Source: Spirochaetota bacterium | GTDB taxonomy: Bacteria > Spirochaetota > UBA4802 > UBA5550 | DNA: 64,000 bases | Assembly (NCBI GenBank): GCA_963664815.2 | Contig: CAXXHB010000002.1 | Coordinates: 448,001-512,000 of the forward strand | Direction of reading: 5' to 3' | Shown here: positions 40,185 to 56,636 of the stretch, in pieces | How positions within the stretch are numbered: the stretch's first letter is position 1 | How the letters are laid out: every line of letters starts with the position of its first letter | Notes under the pieces: generated by a model | Told to the model about the DNA's origin: nothing | Database searches by the model: none | Seen by the model: the letters and a program-made list of their open reading frames with translations, nothing else | Made by a program: the position numbers and the translations under genes

Positions 40185-41900
40185 TTATACCTTAAACTGT
40201 AATATCTTTTCACGAAGCTCCTCTGCCATTCCGGACATATCTTCGGAACTTGCGGCAATTTCTCCTGCACCTGATGTTACTGTTTCTGTATAGTCATCAA
40301 TGTTCTTTATTGAAGCTGTGATTGCCTCCAGTTCATCCTTTTGATTTGCGGCAGTGCTTTTAATCTCCTCAGCCCGAACTATAATATCTTTGGCTTTGCT
40401 GCGTAACATATTTGATGTTTCAAGCTGCTCTTTAGCGACTATGCTTATTGTTGTAACTTCTCCTTTCATCTGATCAACACCTTTTATAATAAGATTAAGT
40501 ACGGAGGTTGTTGAATCGAGATTATTCATCTCAAGGGAAATCTCGGAACTGTTTGCCTTTATGAGAGAATCAATATTCTTTGTTGATGATGCAGTCTGGT
40601 CGGCAAGTTTAGAAATTTCCTCAGCAACAACAGCAAATCCCCGTCCGGCATCTCCTGCCCGGGCTGCTTCAATTGCAGCATTAAGTGACAGGAGATTGAT
40701 CCTGTCAGAGATATCATTAATGATTTCTATGATGCCAATCATGTCGTTGGAACTCTTCATAACCCTGTTCATTGAAGAATTCATTGTTGAGATCGAATCT
40801 CCACCCTCTTTGGCGTGTCCTGCAACTGTTGACGAAAGAAATAATGTCTTTTCAGCCTGCAGGCTCATTGTCTGTATTCCGCCATAAAGATTTTCTATAA
40901 GCTGGCTCAGGGACACAAAAAGTTCAAGCTGCTCGTTTGAAAGAGTTGTAATGCGGTGTATAAGAACACTGACGCTGTTTGCTGTAAAACCGGATTCATT
41001 CATAATGTCGGTTTTAGTCTGAGCCAGGTTCATGCTGATAGAGGTGAACTCTTCTGAGGTAGCCGCAAGACGCTGAGATATCTCGGCAATCTGACGGATT
41101 AATGACTGGGTGCTTTCAACAAATCCGTTAAAACTATTTGCAAGAAGGCCGACTTCATCAGAACCGGAAACAGAAGTTCTCTTTGTAAGATCAGAAGAAT
41201 TAGCTACATCGGTAACATCTTTTATAATCTGGGTAATAGGATTAATTATAACAATCCGGAGCCTGTTAACTACTAAAAGTGTGATTAGTACAATAAAGAC
41301 AACTGTACCTGCAAAGATAAGCCATGCTTTTCGGATTGTTGAATTTACTTTATCTATACTATAATCAGCTCCTATGGCATATATGACTCTGCCGGAATTG
41401 TCTTTTACCGGTACAAAAACAGAGCGGACAGATCCCCACTTGTCAGTATATTCCGACATCTTCGACTCGCCAGTGCTCCATACTTCATCAAGTTCCGGTG
41501 GATGGTCGCTGTATATAGTAAGGAACGTATCAGCATAATCCGCTTCAGGTTCATAATTTTCAGAGTCATATACAAATATAAAATTTTCTTTCTCCTTTAT
41601 CATTATATATATGTACTTAAGTCCAAGGCTTCTTTCTGAATTTTTTATAAATTTCAGTATATTAATATATTCTTCTGATGTATTGTATCCAGGATCATGT
41701 ATTTTATCAAATTGTGATGAATCAAATCCTCTCTGTGTAATGGATGCTCCTATAATCAGTTTCTCATTGATACTGTTATTAAGCTCATTGCGGTATCGCA
41801 GAAAAAAGAAACCACTTGAAATAATAGATGTAATAATTATTGATAATCCGATATAAAGATAAAGTTTTTTCATTATAGATGTTTGCATGTTGACCTGCAT
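40185..41900 (-). CDS. Methyl-accepting chemotaxis protein
   Basis: TM, Cache-like YTDKWG..S...[30 protein letters not shown]. Confidence 0.93.
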   Translation of the reverse strand: MQVNMQTSIMKKLYLYIGLSIIITSIISSGFFFLRYRNELNNSINEKLIIGASITQRGFDSSQFDKIHDPGYNTSEEYINILKFIKNSERSLGLKYIYIMIKEKENFIFVYDSENYEPEADYADTFLTIYSDHPPELDEVWSTGESKMSEYTDKWGSVRSVFVPVKDNSGRVIYAIGADYSIDKVNSTIRKAWLIFAGTVVFIVLITLLVVNRLRIVIINPITQIIKDVTDVANSSDLTKRTSVSGSDEVGLLANSFNGFVESTQSLIRQIAEISQRLAATSEEFTSISMNLAQTKTDIMNESGFTANSVSVLIHRITTLSNEQLELFVSLSQLIENLYGGIQTMSLQAEKTLFLSSTVAGHAKEGGDSISTMNSSMNRVMKSSNDMIGIIEIINDISDRINLLSLNAAIEAARAGDAGRGFAVVAEEISKLADQTASSTKNIDSLIKANSSEISLEMNNLDSTTSVLNLIIKGVDQMKGEVTTISIVAKEQLETSNMLRSKAKDIIVRAEEIKSTAANQKDELEAITASIKNIDDYTETVTSGAGEIAASSEDMSGMAEELREKILQFKV

Positions 41901-42173
41901 ATCTGTTGAAAATTTAGATAAGTTGACTGCTTTTTTCAGCAGATTTTAATACTTTTTGATAGAAGTTTTTCTGTCTAGTAAAAAACAGGTAATATTGAAT
42001 ATATTATTTTATGTATATATTTTATTATATGACTACATAATAGATTTTGCATCGCCAGCATAATGTCATTAATCAAGTCTTTCAATATCTATCATTATTT
42101 TTTAGATCAGTTGAATTAATATTTCATAATTAGATTCAATAATAGTTGTAACTTAAGGTTGTATTGAGTATCA

Positions 42174-44216
42174 ATGTTAAAAAATATTCATGGAAAGACT
42201 GCAATGAACAAATTTAAGGTTGTATCTCCATATAAATCGTCACCAGATCAGATCAAAGTAATCGATAGCCTTGTTAAAGGAATTAACTCCGGAAATAAGT
42301 TTCAGACACTAATGGGGGTAACCGGTTCCGGAAAAACCTACTCAATGGCCAGAATTATTGAATCTGTTAATAAACCGTCACTTGTTCTGACGCATAATAA
42401 AACACTTGCCGCACAATTATTCCGTGAGTTTAGTGAATTTTTCCCCGATAACGCTGTGGAATATTTCGTTTCCTATTATGATTACTACCAGCCGGAAGCA
42501 TATGTTGTATCTTCAGACCTCTATATAGAAAAAGATGCATCGATAAACGACGAGATAGACAGGCTAAGGCTCAAGGCATCATCATCACTGCTTGAGAGAA
42601 GGGATGTTGTTGTAGTCTCTTCTGTATCATGCATTTACGGCCTTGGTAGACCGGAGAATTTCGAAAAGTCACACATAGTAATCAGGAAGGGGCAGGAGAT
42701 CGTGAGAGATGATCTTCTGAGAAAGCTGATAGCTATTCATTATGACAGAAATGATATAGCTTTTACTCGTGGAATGTTCAAAGTGAAAGGGGATATAATT
42801 GATATATATCCGGCGTACCTTAAGCAGGAGGCTTTCAGAATTGAGCTTTTCGGAGATGAAGTGGAAAAGTTAACGATATTCGATCCGGTCAGTGGTGAGG
42901 TGTTACACGAAACTGATACCTGCATAGTATTTCCTGCAAAACATTTCATAGCTGATCCCGGAGATATGAAACTTTCTATTGAAATGATTGCGGCAGAACT
43001 TGAACAGAGGCTTGAAGTTTTCCGTAAGGAGGGTAAGCTTTTAGAGGCGCAGAGGCTTGAAAGCCGCACAAAATATGATATGGAGATGCTCATTGAAACA
43101 GGTTACTGCAGTGGAATAGAAAACTACTCCAGGATTATGGACAGAAGGGAGGAGGGGGAGAGGCCTGCTTGTCTTCTTGATTATTTTAAAAATGATTACC
43201 TTCTGCTTGTTGATGAGTCTCATGCGACTATACCTCAGGTTAGGGGGATGTATGCAGGGGACAGGGCAAGAAAGGAGAACCTGGTGAATTATGGATTTCG
43301 TCTACCTTCAGCGCTTGATAACAGACCTCTGGTATTTGATGAATTTGAATCTATAATTAAAAATGTGATATTCGTATCGGCCACTCCTGCTGAATATGAA
43401 CTTGAAAAATCTGAAAATATTGTTGAGCAGGTAATACGTCCCACGGGCCTTCTTGATCCTGAAATTGAAATAAGACCGGCAGCATTCCAGGTGGACAATC
43501 TTATAGGAGAGATCAGAAAAAGAGCGGAGGAGAAGGAGCGTGTACTTGTTACAACTCTTACCAAGAAAATGGCGGAGGATCTAGCACAGTATTTTGACGA
43601 AGTGGGAATAAAGTCGAGGTATCTTCATTCAGATATTGATACCATCGAACGGGTGGAGATTATCCGGGATCTCCGGAAAGGAGAGTTTGATTGTCTCATA
43701 GGAATAAACCTGTTACGGGAGGGGCTTGATATCCCGGAGGTTTCGCTTGTGGCGATACTTGATGCTGATAAGGAGGGTTTCCTGCGCTCCAAGCGTTCAC
43801 TTATACAGACTGCCGGGAGGGCGGCAAGAAATCTTAACGGGAAAGTAATAATGTATGCTGATAAAATAACAGGATCGATGCAGGAGGCCATTGATGAAAC
43901 AAACAGAAGAAGAAAAATTCAGAAAGAGCATAACAGGATTAATAATATAAAACCGGAATCGATAAAGAAAGATATTCTTGATATGCTTGAGAGAGAATAC
44001 ATCAAAGAAAACTCGTATATTAATTATGTTGCAGACAACTCAAATGCCTATAGAAGTAATAATATTAAAGACCTTGAGGATCTGAAACTCGAACTTAAAG
44101 AAAAAATGCTGATGTCGGCCGACAGTCTTGAATTTGAAAAGGCTGCAGCAATAAGGGATCAGATGATAGATATAGAAAGGAAAATTGAACTATTGAAAAA
44201 AAAGAAAAAAAATTAA
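42174..44216 (+). CDS. uvrB: Excinuclease ABC subunit B
   Basis: [43 protein letters not shown] and C-terminal UVR domain; start may be 42204. Confidence 0.98.
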   Translation: MLKNIHGKTAMNKFKVVSPYKSSPDQIKVIDSLVKGINSGNKFQTLMGVTGSGKTYSMARIIESVNKPSLVLTHNKTLAAQLFREFSEFFPDNAVEYFVSYYDYYQPEAYVVSSDLYIEKDASINDEIDRLRLKASSSLLERRDVVVVSSVSCIYGLGRPENFEKSHIVIRKGQEIVRDDLLRKLIAIHYDRNDIAFTRGMFKVKGDIIDIYPAYLKQEAFRIELFGDEVEKLTIFDPVSGEVLHETDTCIVFPAKHFIADPGDMKLSIEMIAAELEQRLEVFRKEGKLLEAQRLESRTKYDMEMLIETGYCSGIENYSRIMDRREEGERPACLLDYFKNDYLLLVDESHATIPQVRGMYAGDRARKENLVNYGFRLPSALDNRPLVFDEFESIIKNVIFVSATPAEYELEKSENIVEQVIRPTGLLDPEIEIRPAAFQVDNLIGEIRKRAEEKERVLVTTLTKKMAEDLAQYFDEVGIKSRYLHSDIDTIERVEIIRDLRKGEFDCLIGINLLREGLDIPEVSLVAILDADKEGFLRSKRSLIQTAGRAARNLNGKVIMYADKITGSMQEAIDETNRRRKIQKEHNRINNIKPESIKKDILDMLEREYIKENSYINYVADNSNAYRSNNIKDLEDLKLELKEKMLMSADSLEFEKAAAIRDQMIDIERKIELLKKKKKN

Positions 44217-44280
44217 ATATTTTCCGTTTTTAATATCTACCGGAAAATATTTCAGAAGTGATAAGGCTGGTTCTCCGGCC

Positions 44281-44574
44281 TTATCGCTGTTTTCTGTCTG
44301 TTATATCTCTATGGTGTTCGCAAAGCCTGTAAAGTTTGCCTGTTTTAGTATTTTTGTCGGTAACTTTAACACCGCATCTTACACAGAGCCCCTGTTCTCT
44401 TCTTGATTTATAAAGGCGCATATATCTTTCTGTTCCTGATGATTTGTATTTACTCACCTGGATTCTGAAACCCTTGAATAGATAGTTTCCTATTGAACTT
44501 TCAGATCCTTCTTTAATATCTTCAAGGACTTTTTCAAGAGCTTTTATTGTTACTTTTTTAGGTTCCATAGACAT
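44281..44574 (-). CDS. Small Cys/His zinc-finger protein (recalled as resembling the Leptospira LIC10235 family)
   Basis: G.Y..KG.RIQVSKY..SG.ER....Y..RR.QGLC..CG.KV...N..T..LYRLCEHHR. Confidence 0.7.
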   Translation of the reverse strand: MSMEPKKVTIKALEKVLEDIKEGSESSIGNYLFKGFRIQVSKYKSSGTERYMRLYKSRREQGLCVRCGVKVTDKNTKTGKLYRLCEHHRDITDRKQR

Positions 44575-45173
44575 TTCCTGTGAAATTTTTTTAAATATAT
44601 TTAAAGATTTTTTTATAAAAACTGAATCTTTAACAGGAGTAAGATACCAACCTGTTTTAAATAATGCTGCTGGCGGTTAAAACACATTTACCGAAGACAA
44701 CATTTTATATTCCGGATGATATTCTTTTGTTTTAGAATTTCTCATTCAGGGAGAATCAGAGTTTTTAGTAAATTTCTTTAAAATTTTAATTAATGAACAT
44801 TAAAAAATTATAGTATATCTTTTCAATAAAAAAAAGTAGATGGAAATATTAAATTATTCTATCTGTAAAAATTATATATAAAAACTGGTGATTATTTTCA
44901 GAATTTTCATAAAAATGTATAAAATGTCCTTTTATTGCCTTATTAATTATGTTCTTCCTTGGTGATAGTGTTTTAGTTTATAATGAAATCCATAAAAATT
45001 TATAAAATGATAAAAAACCTGATTTTAATAATTTATATCTTAAATATCTGCCAAGTTTTACCAGCAATAATTTAAATGAAGAAAATTTCATTGCTATACG
45101 ATTTCTTGTGGAGATCATTATTTAACTTGACTGCGAAATTAAAATATTAAGTAAGTTATTTCAAATTTTAAAC

Positions 45174-45258
45174 AGAGCAAAATCGGATGTAGAAACATAT
45201 TTATATTCACATTTTCAAAAGTGAATATAAATCTTCTGCAGAGTTTGTCTTTTTTTTT
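45174..45258 (+). other. Long hairpin with T-tract upstream of ORF 45293
   Basis: ATTTATATTCAC/GTGAATATAAAT 12-bp stem, extended by TGTAGAA/TTCTGCA and followed by T9. Confidence 0.5.
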
Positions 45259-45292
45259 AAAGTAAATTTTATTTTATCGGAGGGGTGATTTA

Positions 45293-45694
45293 GTGGAATG
45301 GTGGATATTGTATATAATACTGGCAATAGTAATCGGGGCGCTGGTTGCGGGATATTTCTTTCTTAAAAAAAAGATGGAAGCTAAAATGTCTGTTCAGAAG
45401 GAGCTTGTTGATCAGCATAAGATAACAACAACAATCCTTATCCTTGAAAAGCGGAAGGATAAATTAAAAAATGCAAATATACCGAAGTCTGTTATTGACC
45501 AGATACCTAAAATTTATAAAATAAGAAAAGTTCCAATTGTTAAAGCAAAGATAGGTCCGCAGGTTATGGATCTTTTGTGTGAAGAGGAAATCTATGATAA
45601 ACTTCCTGAGAAAAAGAGTATAAAAGTTGAGATGGCGGGAATTTTTATTGCAGGTATAAGTAAAGGGACAAATACAAATAAAGGACGCAGATAG
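45293..45694 (+). CDS. Conserved hypothetical membrane-anchored protein
   Basis: GGAGG RBS, GTG start, N-terminal TM, K.PIVKAKIGPQVM.L.C motif. Confidence 0.75.
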   Translation: MEWWILYIILAIVIGALVAGYFFLKKKMEAKMSVQKELVDQHKITTTILILEKRKDKLKNANIPKSVIDQIPKIYKIRKVPIVKAKIGPQVMDLLCEEEIYDKLPEKKSIKVEMAGIFIAGISKGTNTNKGRR

Positions 45695-45751
45695 TTTTTA
45701 ACAGATGCCCCGTTTTATTTTAAAAAAAATTAAGTTAGTAAAAAAATTACG

Positions 45752-45781
45752 TTGACAGAAGTGTGAGTAGAAAACTATGGT
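45752..45781 (+). promoter_or_regulatory. rRNA operon promoter P1
   Basis: A-rich UP region then TTGACA-18-TATGGT. Confidence 0.55.
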
Positions 45782-45887
45782 CATTTTTGTTGGTGAGGGA
45801 GACTTTGCTGATGTGGAGTACCGGTAGGTGAGAAGGTAGAGAAAATTTTTTGTTTTACAAAAAATTTATAAAATACTGACAAAAAGC

Positions 45888-45916
45888 TTGACGGGAAAAG
45901 GGTGGTTGCATAATTT
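45888..45916 (+). promoter_or_regulatory. rRNA operon promoter P2
   Basis: TTGACG-17-TAATTT. Confidence 0.5.
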
Positions 45917-46148
45917 GAAATCACGGTAAGCGAATAGCTTGCCAGAGTAAGAATCTGAAAACTACTAAGAGATTAGTAAAGTGTCGGAATCTCCATGGAG
46001 CCTGAGAGGGTATAGTTGGAGATTTTTTTTGCTCATTTAGAACCATCGGGTTTGCTCTTTGAAAACTGAGTAGTATTAGACAAAAGAAGTAAAGCTTACA
46101 AGAAAGCTAGAAGTTAAGTTTTGAAAATGATTTTCTATGAAAATAAAT

Positions 46149-47698
<1,550 letters not shown>

Positions 47699-47789
47699 AT
47701 AAGGATAGATAATAACAGTCAAAATACTACTCAGTTTTGAAATAGTAAACCCTGAAAAGGCCTTTATCTTAGTATAAATATAAGAAACA

Positions 47790-47863
47790 GGGCCTGTAGC
47801 TCAGATGGTTAGAGCGAACGACTGATAATCGTTAGGTAGGTGGTTCGACTCCACTCAGGCCCA
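47790..47863 (+). tRNA. tRNA-Ile(GAT)
   Basis: GGGCCTG/CAGGCCC acceptor stem, CTGATAA anticodon loop, GTTCGA T-loop; CCA not encoded. Confidence 0.96.
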
Positions 47864-47883
47864 ATTGATATGAAAAATATCTT

Positions 47884-47956
47884 GGGGGTGTAGCTCAGCT
47901 GGGAGAGCATCTGCCTTGCACGCAGAGGGTCATCGGTTCGATCCCGTTCACCTCCA
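47884..47956 (+). tRNA. tRNA-Ala(TGC)
   Basis: GGGGGTG/CACCTCC acceptor stem with G3:U70, TTGCA anticodon, GTTCGA. Confidence 0.96.
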
Positions 47957-48153
47957 AATGCCGGATAAATGTCCTGCTTAAAATCAGAAAAGCTTTCTGA
48001 TCTTAAATAGGGCCTTTAACCGGCCCGGATCTTTTAAAACGGTTAAGTCTAAAATGAAAGTCTCATTTAACTTAACAATACAATAGTAATCGAGTTGAAA
48101 ATTGATCGAGCGATTCTGCTATCGTACGTTTACGATAGCAGAAAAAATAATAT

Positions 48154-51158
<3,005 letters not shown>

Positions 51159-51166
51159 ATATTATT

Positions 51167-51197
51167 AAAAAACCCTCTGCAGCGCAGAGGGTTTTTT
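51167..51197 (+). terminator. Intrinsic terminator directly after 23S
   Basis: AAAAAACCCTCTGC-AGC-GCAGAGGGTTTTTT. Confidence 0.85.
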
Positions 51198-51963
51198 ATT
51201 TGCTTTTTTTTATGAATAAAGAAAACAAATAAAAAATATCCGGTCAGTTATTAAACCAATGCCTCAAGGTAAACAAGAAACAGTACACATAAAATCATAA
51301 GAACAGCAATGATTATCTTTGCATAAAAACAATTAGTCCCTTAAAAAGAAGATCCTGAAATGACGCTGTTCTATTTGATGTGATTTTCATGTACTTTTAA
51401 TAATATAGCCTGTCAATAACCGCCAGGTAATCAAAGTTAGATGAAATAATGCATAATAATTCATAATCATGGTTAATTATTGTTACCTCAATATTACAAC
51501 ACAGAAAAATGTTCACATACTGTTTCGGCGGATCGATATTTCGCGGAATGAGAGAACGTGATGTTTCAGGCGATTCCAGTGCAGCTTTTGTCTCGCCGGT
51601 CAACTGTAGTATCTGCACAGGAAAAGATTTTAAAGCAAGCCCTGTTCAAAACTTCCCATAACAGCAAGGTGATTTTTAAAGATTTCTGCATTTTCAAACA
51701 GAAATGAAAGTGAGAAAAGCATAAAATTCTTCAGCGTTAAGGAGAAAAGTCACTGTGTATTCATTTTTTGCAGAGAGGGAGATGGATAAATTGGTTTAAA
51801 CCCAATGTTTAAGAAGTCGATACTTTTAAACCTTATCGCAGGATTGCAAAGCCGCGATAATTGAAGTTTTTGTAAATATTGCATTAAAATCGCTTGAATT
51901 TTTTTATAAAGGTTTTAGTATTACTGTCATGCGGGTATTATTTTGTAAAATTTTCCCAAGCGC

Positions 51964-52192
51964 AAAGTTTAATTAACTGATAGTGACAGATAACAGATTT
52001 GTCAAGAGGGAATTACTTTTTTGCTTCCGACACTTCGATGTTGCTCAGTGCAAGTGCTTCGACCCGGTCGGTGAGCGTAGTCGAACCACAGCACAAGTAA
52101 GGTCTGGTATGTCCCCTGAATCAGGGGCGGGGCGGGGCGGGGCAGGATATTTTAAGTGTTTTAATTTTAATAAGAGGAGTTTCCTAAATCAA
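51964..52192. repeat. Dispersed repeat, copy 1, with REP-like palindromes and a minus-strand promoter/operator
   Basis: Near-identical to 57821-58088 over about 160 bp, with a patchy 3' match ending AGGAGTTTCCT.AATCAA. Confidence 0.85.
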
Positions 52193-52237
52193 AAATTAAA
52201 GATCTATTAATAGAATATTTCTTATGGAGAATATAAA

Positions 52238-53104
52238 ATGAATAATTTATTTAAATCAGTATCCGTAATCATTTTATTGAATGCAACTCTGTTTTCATGT
52301 GGACGTTTTTCGGTAAAAGACATACCTCCTCAGAACCTTTTATCAGGGACTTATGTTCTCAATGAAAAAGTAACTAATGATTCTAATAATAGTTTATTTC
52401 AAAACAGAAAAGGTGATTTTAAATTTAATTATGTTCAGGATATTAATTTATCATATAATAACACACAGATACAGGAGAGGGTTTCCGGAAAATATAATAA
52501 TTTATCAAATGATCCAAACGGTGGTGATATAGGCGTATCAGATGGAAATGAAAAACGTGAATTTAAAATCGGGAGTATCAATGCTGCTACAGAGATTATT
52601 TATAAAGTCGAATACTATAAGCTTTTAGGAAGTTATGAAAATTCTATCGATTACCGTTTTAATTATAATATTATTCATTTGTTAGATGGGAAAAAAATTC
52701 CCGGCACCCATTTGGTGAATGGTACTGGCTGGTGCGGTAGGGGGGATTGTAAAGTAGGTCTTGATTCAGAAGAAATAAATCTTAATTTGTTCGGTAAAGC
52801 TTTTATTGGAAAGATAACATATCCAGGGCATAAAGGACTTTATTTGCGTAATTATAATTTTAAATATGGTGATACTGTCATTACTGGTGTTATAGAAAGT
52901 CCCATTTATCATCCATATTTTGATTTTGATTTTAAGTTTGGTGAAAAAAAGCTAAGTGGTCGTTGCATCGTTATTGACGAAAAAACACCCGATACACCTA
53001 ATGTTGGTTTTAATGCAGAAAGCTTATCGAAGGAGGAATTAGTAATATTTATGCTATTTTTCTTTAATGCGATACCAAATAATTTTTATAGAATTTGGTA
53101 TTAA
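52238..53104 (+). CDS. Hypothetical lipoprotein
   Basis: GGAG RBS and spirochaetal lipobox TLFSC. Confidence 0.75.
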   Translation: MNNLFKSVSVIILLNATLFSCGRFSVKDIPPQNLLSGTYVLNEKVTNDSNNSLFQNRKGDFKFNYVQDINLSYNNTQIQERVSGKYNNLSNDPNGGDIGVSDGNEKREFKIGSINAATEIIYKVEYYKLLGSYENSIDYRFNYNIIHLLDGKKIPGTHLVNGTGWCGRGDCKVGLDSEEINLNLFGKAFIGKITYPGHKGLYLRNYNFKYGDTVITGVIESPIYHPYFDFDFKFGEKKLSGRCIVIDEKTPDTPNVGFNAESLSKEELVIFMLFFFNAIPNNFYRIWY

Positions 53105-53545
53105 TTATTTTATTCCTGTAATATTTTATAACTTTTGCCGGAAGTACCCCAACTTTTATATCCTCCCGGAGGTTTTTTTACTACTTTGTTTAGTCGAGGC
53201 TTTCCCTTCGAATAAGCTCTCTGAATCTTTCAGCTCCCTCAAGTTCATGCTTATAAAACAACGCTTCAAATCCTTCACATTTTATTATGTTATCTTTTAT
53301 AACTTAATCTGTTTCATAATCTCAGTCTGCCTGAAACTTTACATGGTTGACAAAATTTCTTTTTTTAATCAATTAATCCGGATTATTAAGCAGAGGATTA
53401 CAAGTTTGTAAAACAGGCTTCATCAGGATTGCGTTCTTATTTATACTCTGTTAAATATAAAGTATAAAATTATCTTTCCTGAATATCTGGTTTTCAAAGT
53501 ATCAATTATCTTCTTAAATTATATAATTCAAGTTTAGGGTGATGA

Positions 53546-55321
53546 ATGAAAAAAATTGTTTTAATTACCATAACCATTCTTTCCTTCCTGGAAGCCGCAT
53601 ATGGAGAAAATGCAGTCATAGCTGACAAAAAAAAGGATATTATTTTCTGTAATTCATATGTGGATGTACTTGAAGATCCGGGACGGAACCTGGAATTTAA
53701 AGATGTGTTAGATTCCGGGAATTTTACCCGGAAGAACAGTCTCAATCTGGGCCTGACTGCATCACAGTACTGGATGAAGTTTACCATTGCAGTCCCTGCA
53801 GATAATACAGAAAAGCTGGTCATTGTAATTCCCAATACTAAACTTGATATCTGCGAGATATTTCTGCCGGAAAAGGGAGCATACAGATCCGTAATATTCG
53901 GAGAGGATTTACCTTACAATCACAGTAGTAGGGACTTCCACCTGTTCAGTGTTGATTTCAGCAGCTCCCCTGGCGAACACACCATTTATTTGCGCGCCAA
54001 TAATGAAGACTGGTTTGTTCTTCCTGTATTCCTTTTCACAAAGAGCAATTATGAGCGTTTCAGGAACAAAACGAATCTGCTGGACGGTTTGTTATTCGGT
54101 GTGCTGATAATTATGTTTCTTTATTATTCTTTCCTGGGGATTTCCACAAAAGATAAAACGAGTATTTTTTTCTCGGTATATATATTAATACAGGTATCCT
54201 TTGAATTTTTAACATCGGGGCATTTCCAGGAATATTTTCTTCCAAATGGAATTCTGCCTGATTATGTTCACTACACAATACAATTGTGCGGAGCCGGGTT
54301 TTTCCTGTTTTTTTTCAGGTCCTATGTATTTTCGGATCAGGAGAGGCAGCCTTTGTTTGTCAAGGCAATAATGCCGGCAGGACTCCTTGCGCTTTTTCTT
54401 TCACTTATTTCACCTTTTGTACCCATCACATTTGCGGTACTGTCTAATTCCATCATGGCAATCACACTCGCATTAATTGTTATTTTTATCGGGATATATG
54501 CCTGTGTAAAGAAGAACCGGCAGGCATATTTTTTAATGGCCGCACTTTTAGTCACTGCTATGGGGACTATAATTTATAATTCTTTATGGGCAGGTTGGCT
54601 GCCTTTCAACACCCTGACCCTGAGATCTTATCTTGTTGGTTTTATTTTCATGCTGGCTATTCTGGCCTTTGGTATGGCTGACAAGGTAAATATGATCAGC
54701 AGGGAAAACATAAGGCTTGCCAGGCTGGAAAAGGAATACGAGGGTCTGAAATACAGGGTTTTGCAGGAAAGAATAAATCCCCATTTCCTTTTCAATGCTC
54801 TTGCTACCCTGCACTCTATAATGAAAAAAGATATCGGACTTGCAGAAAAGGCTGTTATTTCCCTTTCTAAAATCTACCGGTTCCTGACAGATTCAGCAAC
54901 AAAGGAACTCATCACCATTGATGAAGAGCTGTTATTTGTCTCAAGTTATCTGGAGTTTGAAAAAATTTCATATATATCCGATCTTTCAGTGGAAATTATC
55001 AGAGAGGGATCATTCAGTGAAATTATGATTCCTCCTCTGATTGTACAATCTTTTGTCCGTAATGCTATCAAACATGGTCTTGAAAAACATGGCGGCAAAG
55101 AGCATGTAACGGTTATTGCAAAAAATAAAAATGACATTATAAGCTTTGAAATTCTTGATAATGGCCCTGGCCTGGAAACTGATGACATATATTCAAGGTC
55201 AATTGGCAATATCACTGATCTGCTTAAATACCATTATAAAACCGCACACATCATTGTCGAAAACCGCAATGAAGGGGGAGTCAGAGCCTATATTGAAATA
55301 TCTTTAAATAATGATAAATAA
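53546..55321 (+). CDS. 7TM-DISM sensor, LytS-type histidine kinase
   Basis: Signal peptide, DISMED2-like YWMKF region, 7 TMs, INPHFLFNAL, NAIKHG, DNGPG. Confidence 0.9.
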   Translation: MKKIVLITITILSFLEAAYGENAVIADKKKDIIFCNSYVDVLEDPGRNLEFKDVLDSGNFTRKNSLNLGLTASQYWMKFTIAVPADNTEKLVIVIPNTKLDICEIFLPEKGAYRSVIFGEDLPYNHSSRDFHLFSVDFSSSPGEHTIYLRANNEDWFVLPVFLFTKSNYERFRNKTNLLDGLLFGVLIIMFLYYSFLGISTKDKTSIFFSVYILIQVSFEFLTSGHFQEYFLPNGILPDYVHYTIQLCGAGFFLFFFRSYVFSDQERQPLFVKAIMPAGLLALFLSLISPFVPITFAVLSNSIMAITLALIVIFIGIYACVKKNRQAYFLMAALLVTAMGTIIYNSLWAGWLPFNTLTLRSYLVGFIFMLAILAFGMADKVNMISRENIRLARLEKEYEGLKYRVLQERINPHFLFNALATLHSIMKKDIGLAEKAVISLSKIYRFLTDSATKELITIDEELLFVSSYLEFEKISYISDLSVEIIREGSFSEIMIPPLIVQSFVRNAIKHGLEKHGGKEHVTVIAKNKNDIISFEILDNGPGLETDDIYSRSIGNITDLLKYHYKTAHIIVENRNEGGVRAYIEISLNNDK

Positions 55322-55463
55322 TATCTTTCATAAGGAATTGCAGGTATGGAAAGAGTTGGTTTCTTTTCATACCTGTATTTGGAGGTCCAGGAACTATACA
55401 GTAATAAAATAGTTCAGGCTGCTGCAGGTTATATATCAGCCAAATGCAACATGCAGGACAGTG

Positions 55464-56192
55464 CTATCCCTTTTGATCCCTTAGAAGCAGATTCTTTACA
55501 TTACTCTGATATGATTTACTAACAGGTATGGGAGTATCATCATCATCCCTTAAAAACAAAAACATAGTGTTATGCTTTGATTTTATATATGACAAATAAG
55601 AAATATTCACAATATATTTCCGGTGGACCCTGAGAAAACGTTCCGGGGGTAGTTTATTTTCAAAAACCTTTAACAGGCATGACGCTTCAAAGTCCATGTC
55701 GGTTGTATGAACTATCGTATTTTTATCACATGCTGTAATGTATGATATTTGGTCATACCCAACATAATAGTTGCTTCTCCTGTTCCTGAAAGAAAGACCG
55801 AGTTCGCTTAAAGACTCCTTAATGCTTTTTTTATCTGTAAGTGAAAGAAATCGATTTATTGAAATATTCAGACGTTCGCTGGTAACAGGCTTGAGTATGT
55901 AATCAATAGCTCCCAGTTCAAATGCCTTGATGGCGTAATCATCATATGAGGTGATGAATACACAATAGGGTGGATTTTCAAGATTTTCAATGAGCTCAAT
56001 TCCGCTGCATCCAGGCAGGTTAATGTCCACAAGCAGCAGGTCTGCCGGGTTTTTACTGATAATATCAACAGCTTCAAGCCCATTCCTTGACCATCCTGAA
56101 AGAACGAGCATGGGATGACTGGCAACATACTCTCTAATCTCAGCAAGCTGATGAATATTGTCTTCGACAATAAAAATTGATTTTTTTTGCAT
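55464..56192 (-). CDS. LytTR-family response regulator
   Basis: REC domain (VED, DINLPG, DYILKP) plus LytTR domain (FLRVHRKYIVN, IPVSK). Confidence 0.95.
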   Translation of the reverse strand: MQKKSIFIVEDNIHQLAEIREYVASHPMLVLSGWSRNGLEAVDIISKNPADLLLVDINLPGCSGIELIENLENPPYCVFITSYDDYAIKAFELGAIDYILKPVTSERLNISINRFLSLTDKKSIKESLSELGLSFRNRRSNYYVGYDQISYITACDKNTIVHTTDMDFEASCLLKVFENKLPPERFLRVHRKYIVNISYLSYIKSKHNTMFLFLRDDDDTPIPVSKSYQSNVKNLLLRDQKG

Positions 56193-56331
56193 ATTAATCC
56201 TGAAACATAAATCAAAAATGATAATTTTATTCGATGCATTAAGACCGGAATTAAAAATTAAAATACTTTCAAAATCGCATGATATGACAATTGTTTTTAG
56301 TTATTCATTCTTCATTTTGTAAAAAGACCGA

Positions 56332-56361
56332 CATTCACTCTGGATATAACACCATTCACTC
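56332..56361. promoter_or_regulatory. Putative LytTR binding site
   Basis: CATTCACTC-N12-CATTCACTC direct repeat between the divergent LytTR and FG-GAP genes, upstream of a TTGTAA -35-like box at 56380. Confidence 0.65.
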
Positions 56362-56636
56362 CAATGTAATAAATAAATCTTGTAAAAGTCTACTATTAAA
56401 ATTTAAATTAACTGGTAAAGGTAAATAGGGGTTTTGAGAATTAGTTTTTTTACTGACCTCTGTTAGGTACGGACTTTGTCCTGCCAATGCAGGCAGGTAA
56501 CGGTTTATCTCCTGAACCGGGCTGTGCAGGAGACTTTGAGTTTTTTAATATGAGATGTTTTCTATTTCGATAAAATATTTAATTAGTGTGGTTTTATAAA
56601 ATCTATTTTTTAACAACATAAATAAAGGAGAGTTTA

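Noticed and set aside
51240-51960. Intergenic region after 23S including ORF 51397-51618
   Set aside because: No recognisable 5S, tRNA or protein motif; possibly a decayed gene, but not supportable.
51983-52210. Duplicated ORF MTDNRFVKRELLFCF (also at 57840-58091)
   Set aside because: It lies in the palindromic dispersed repeat, has no RBS and the two copies diverge in the C-terminal part; probably non-coding.
53067-53411. 114-aa plus-strand ORF and a short minus-strand coding-like fragment
   Set aside because: Low-complexity translation with no RBS; at best an unidentifiable remnant.
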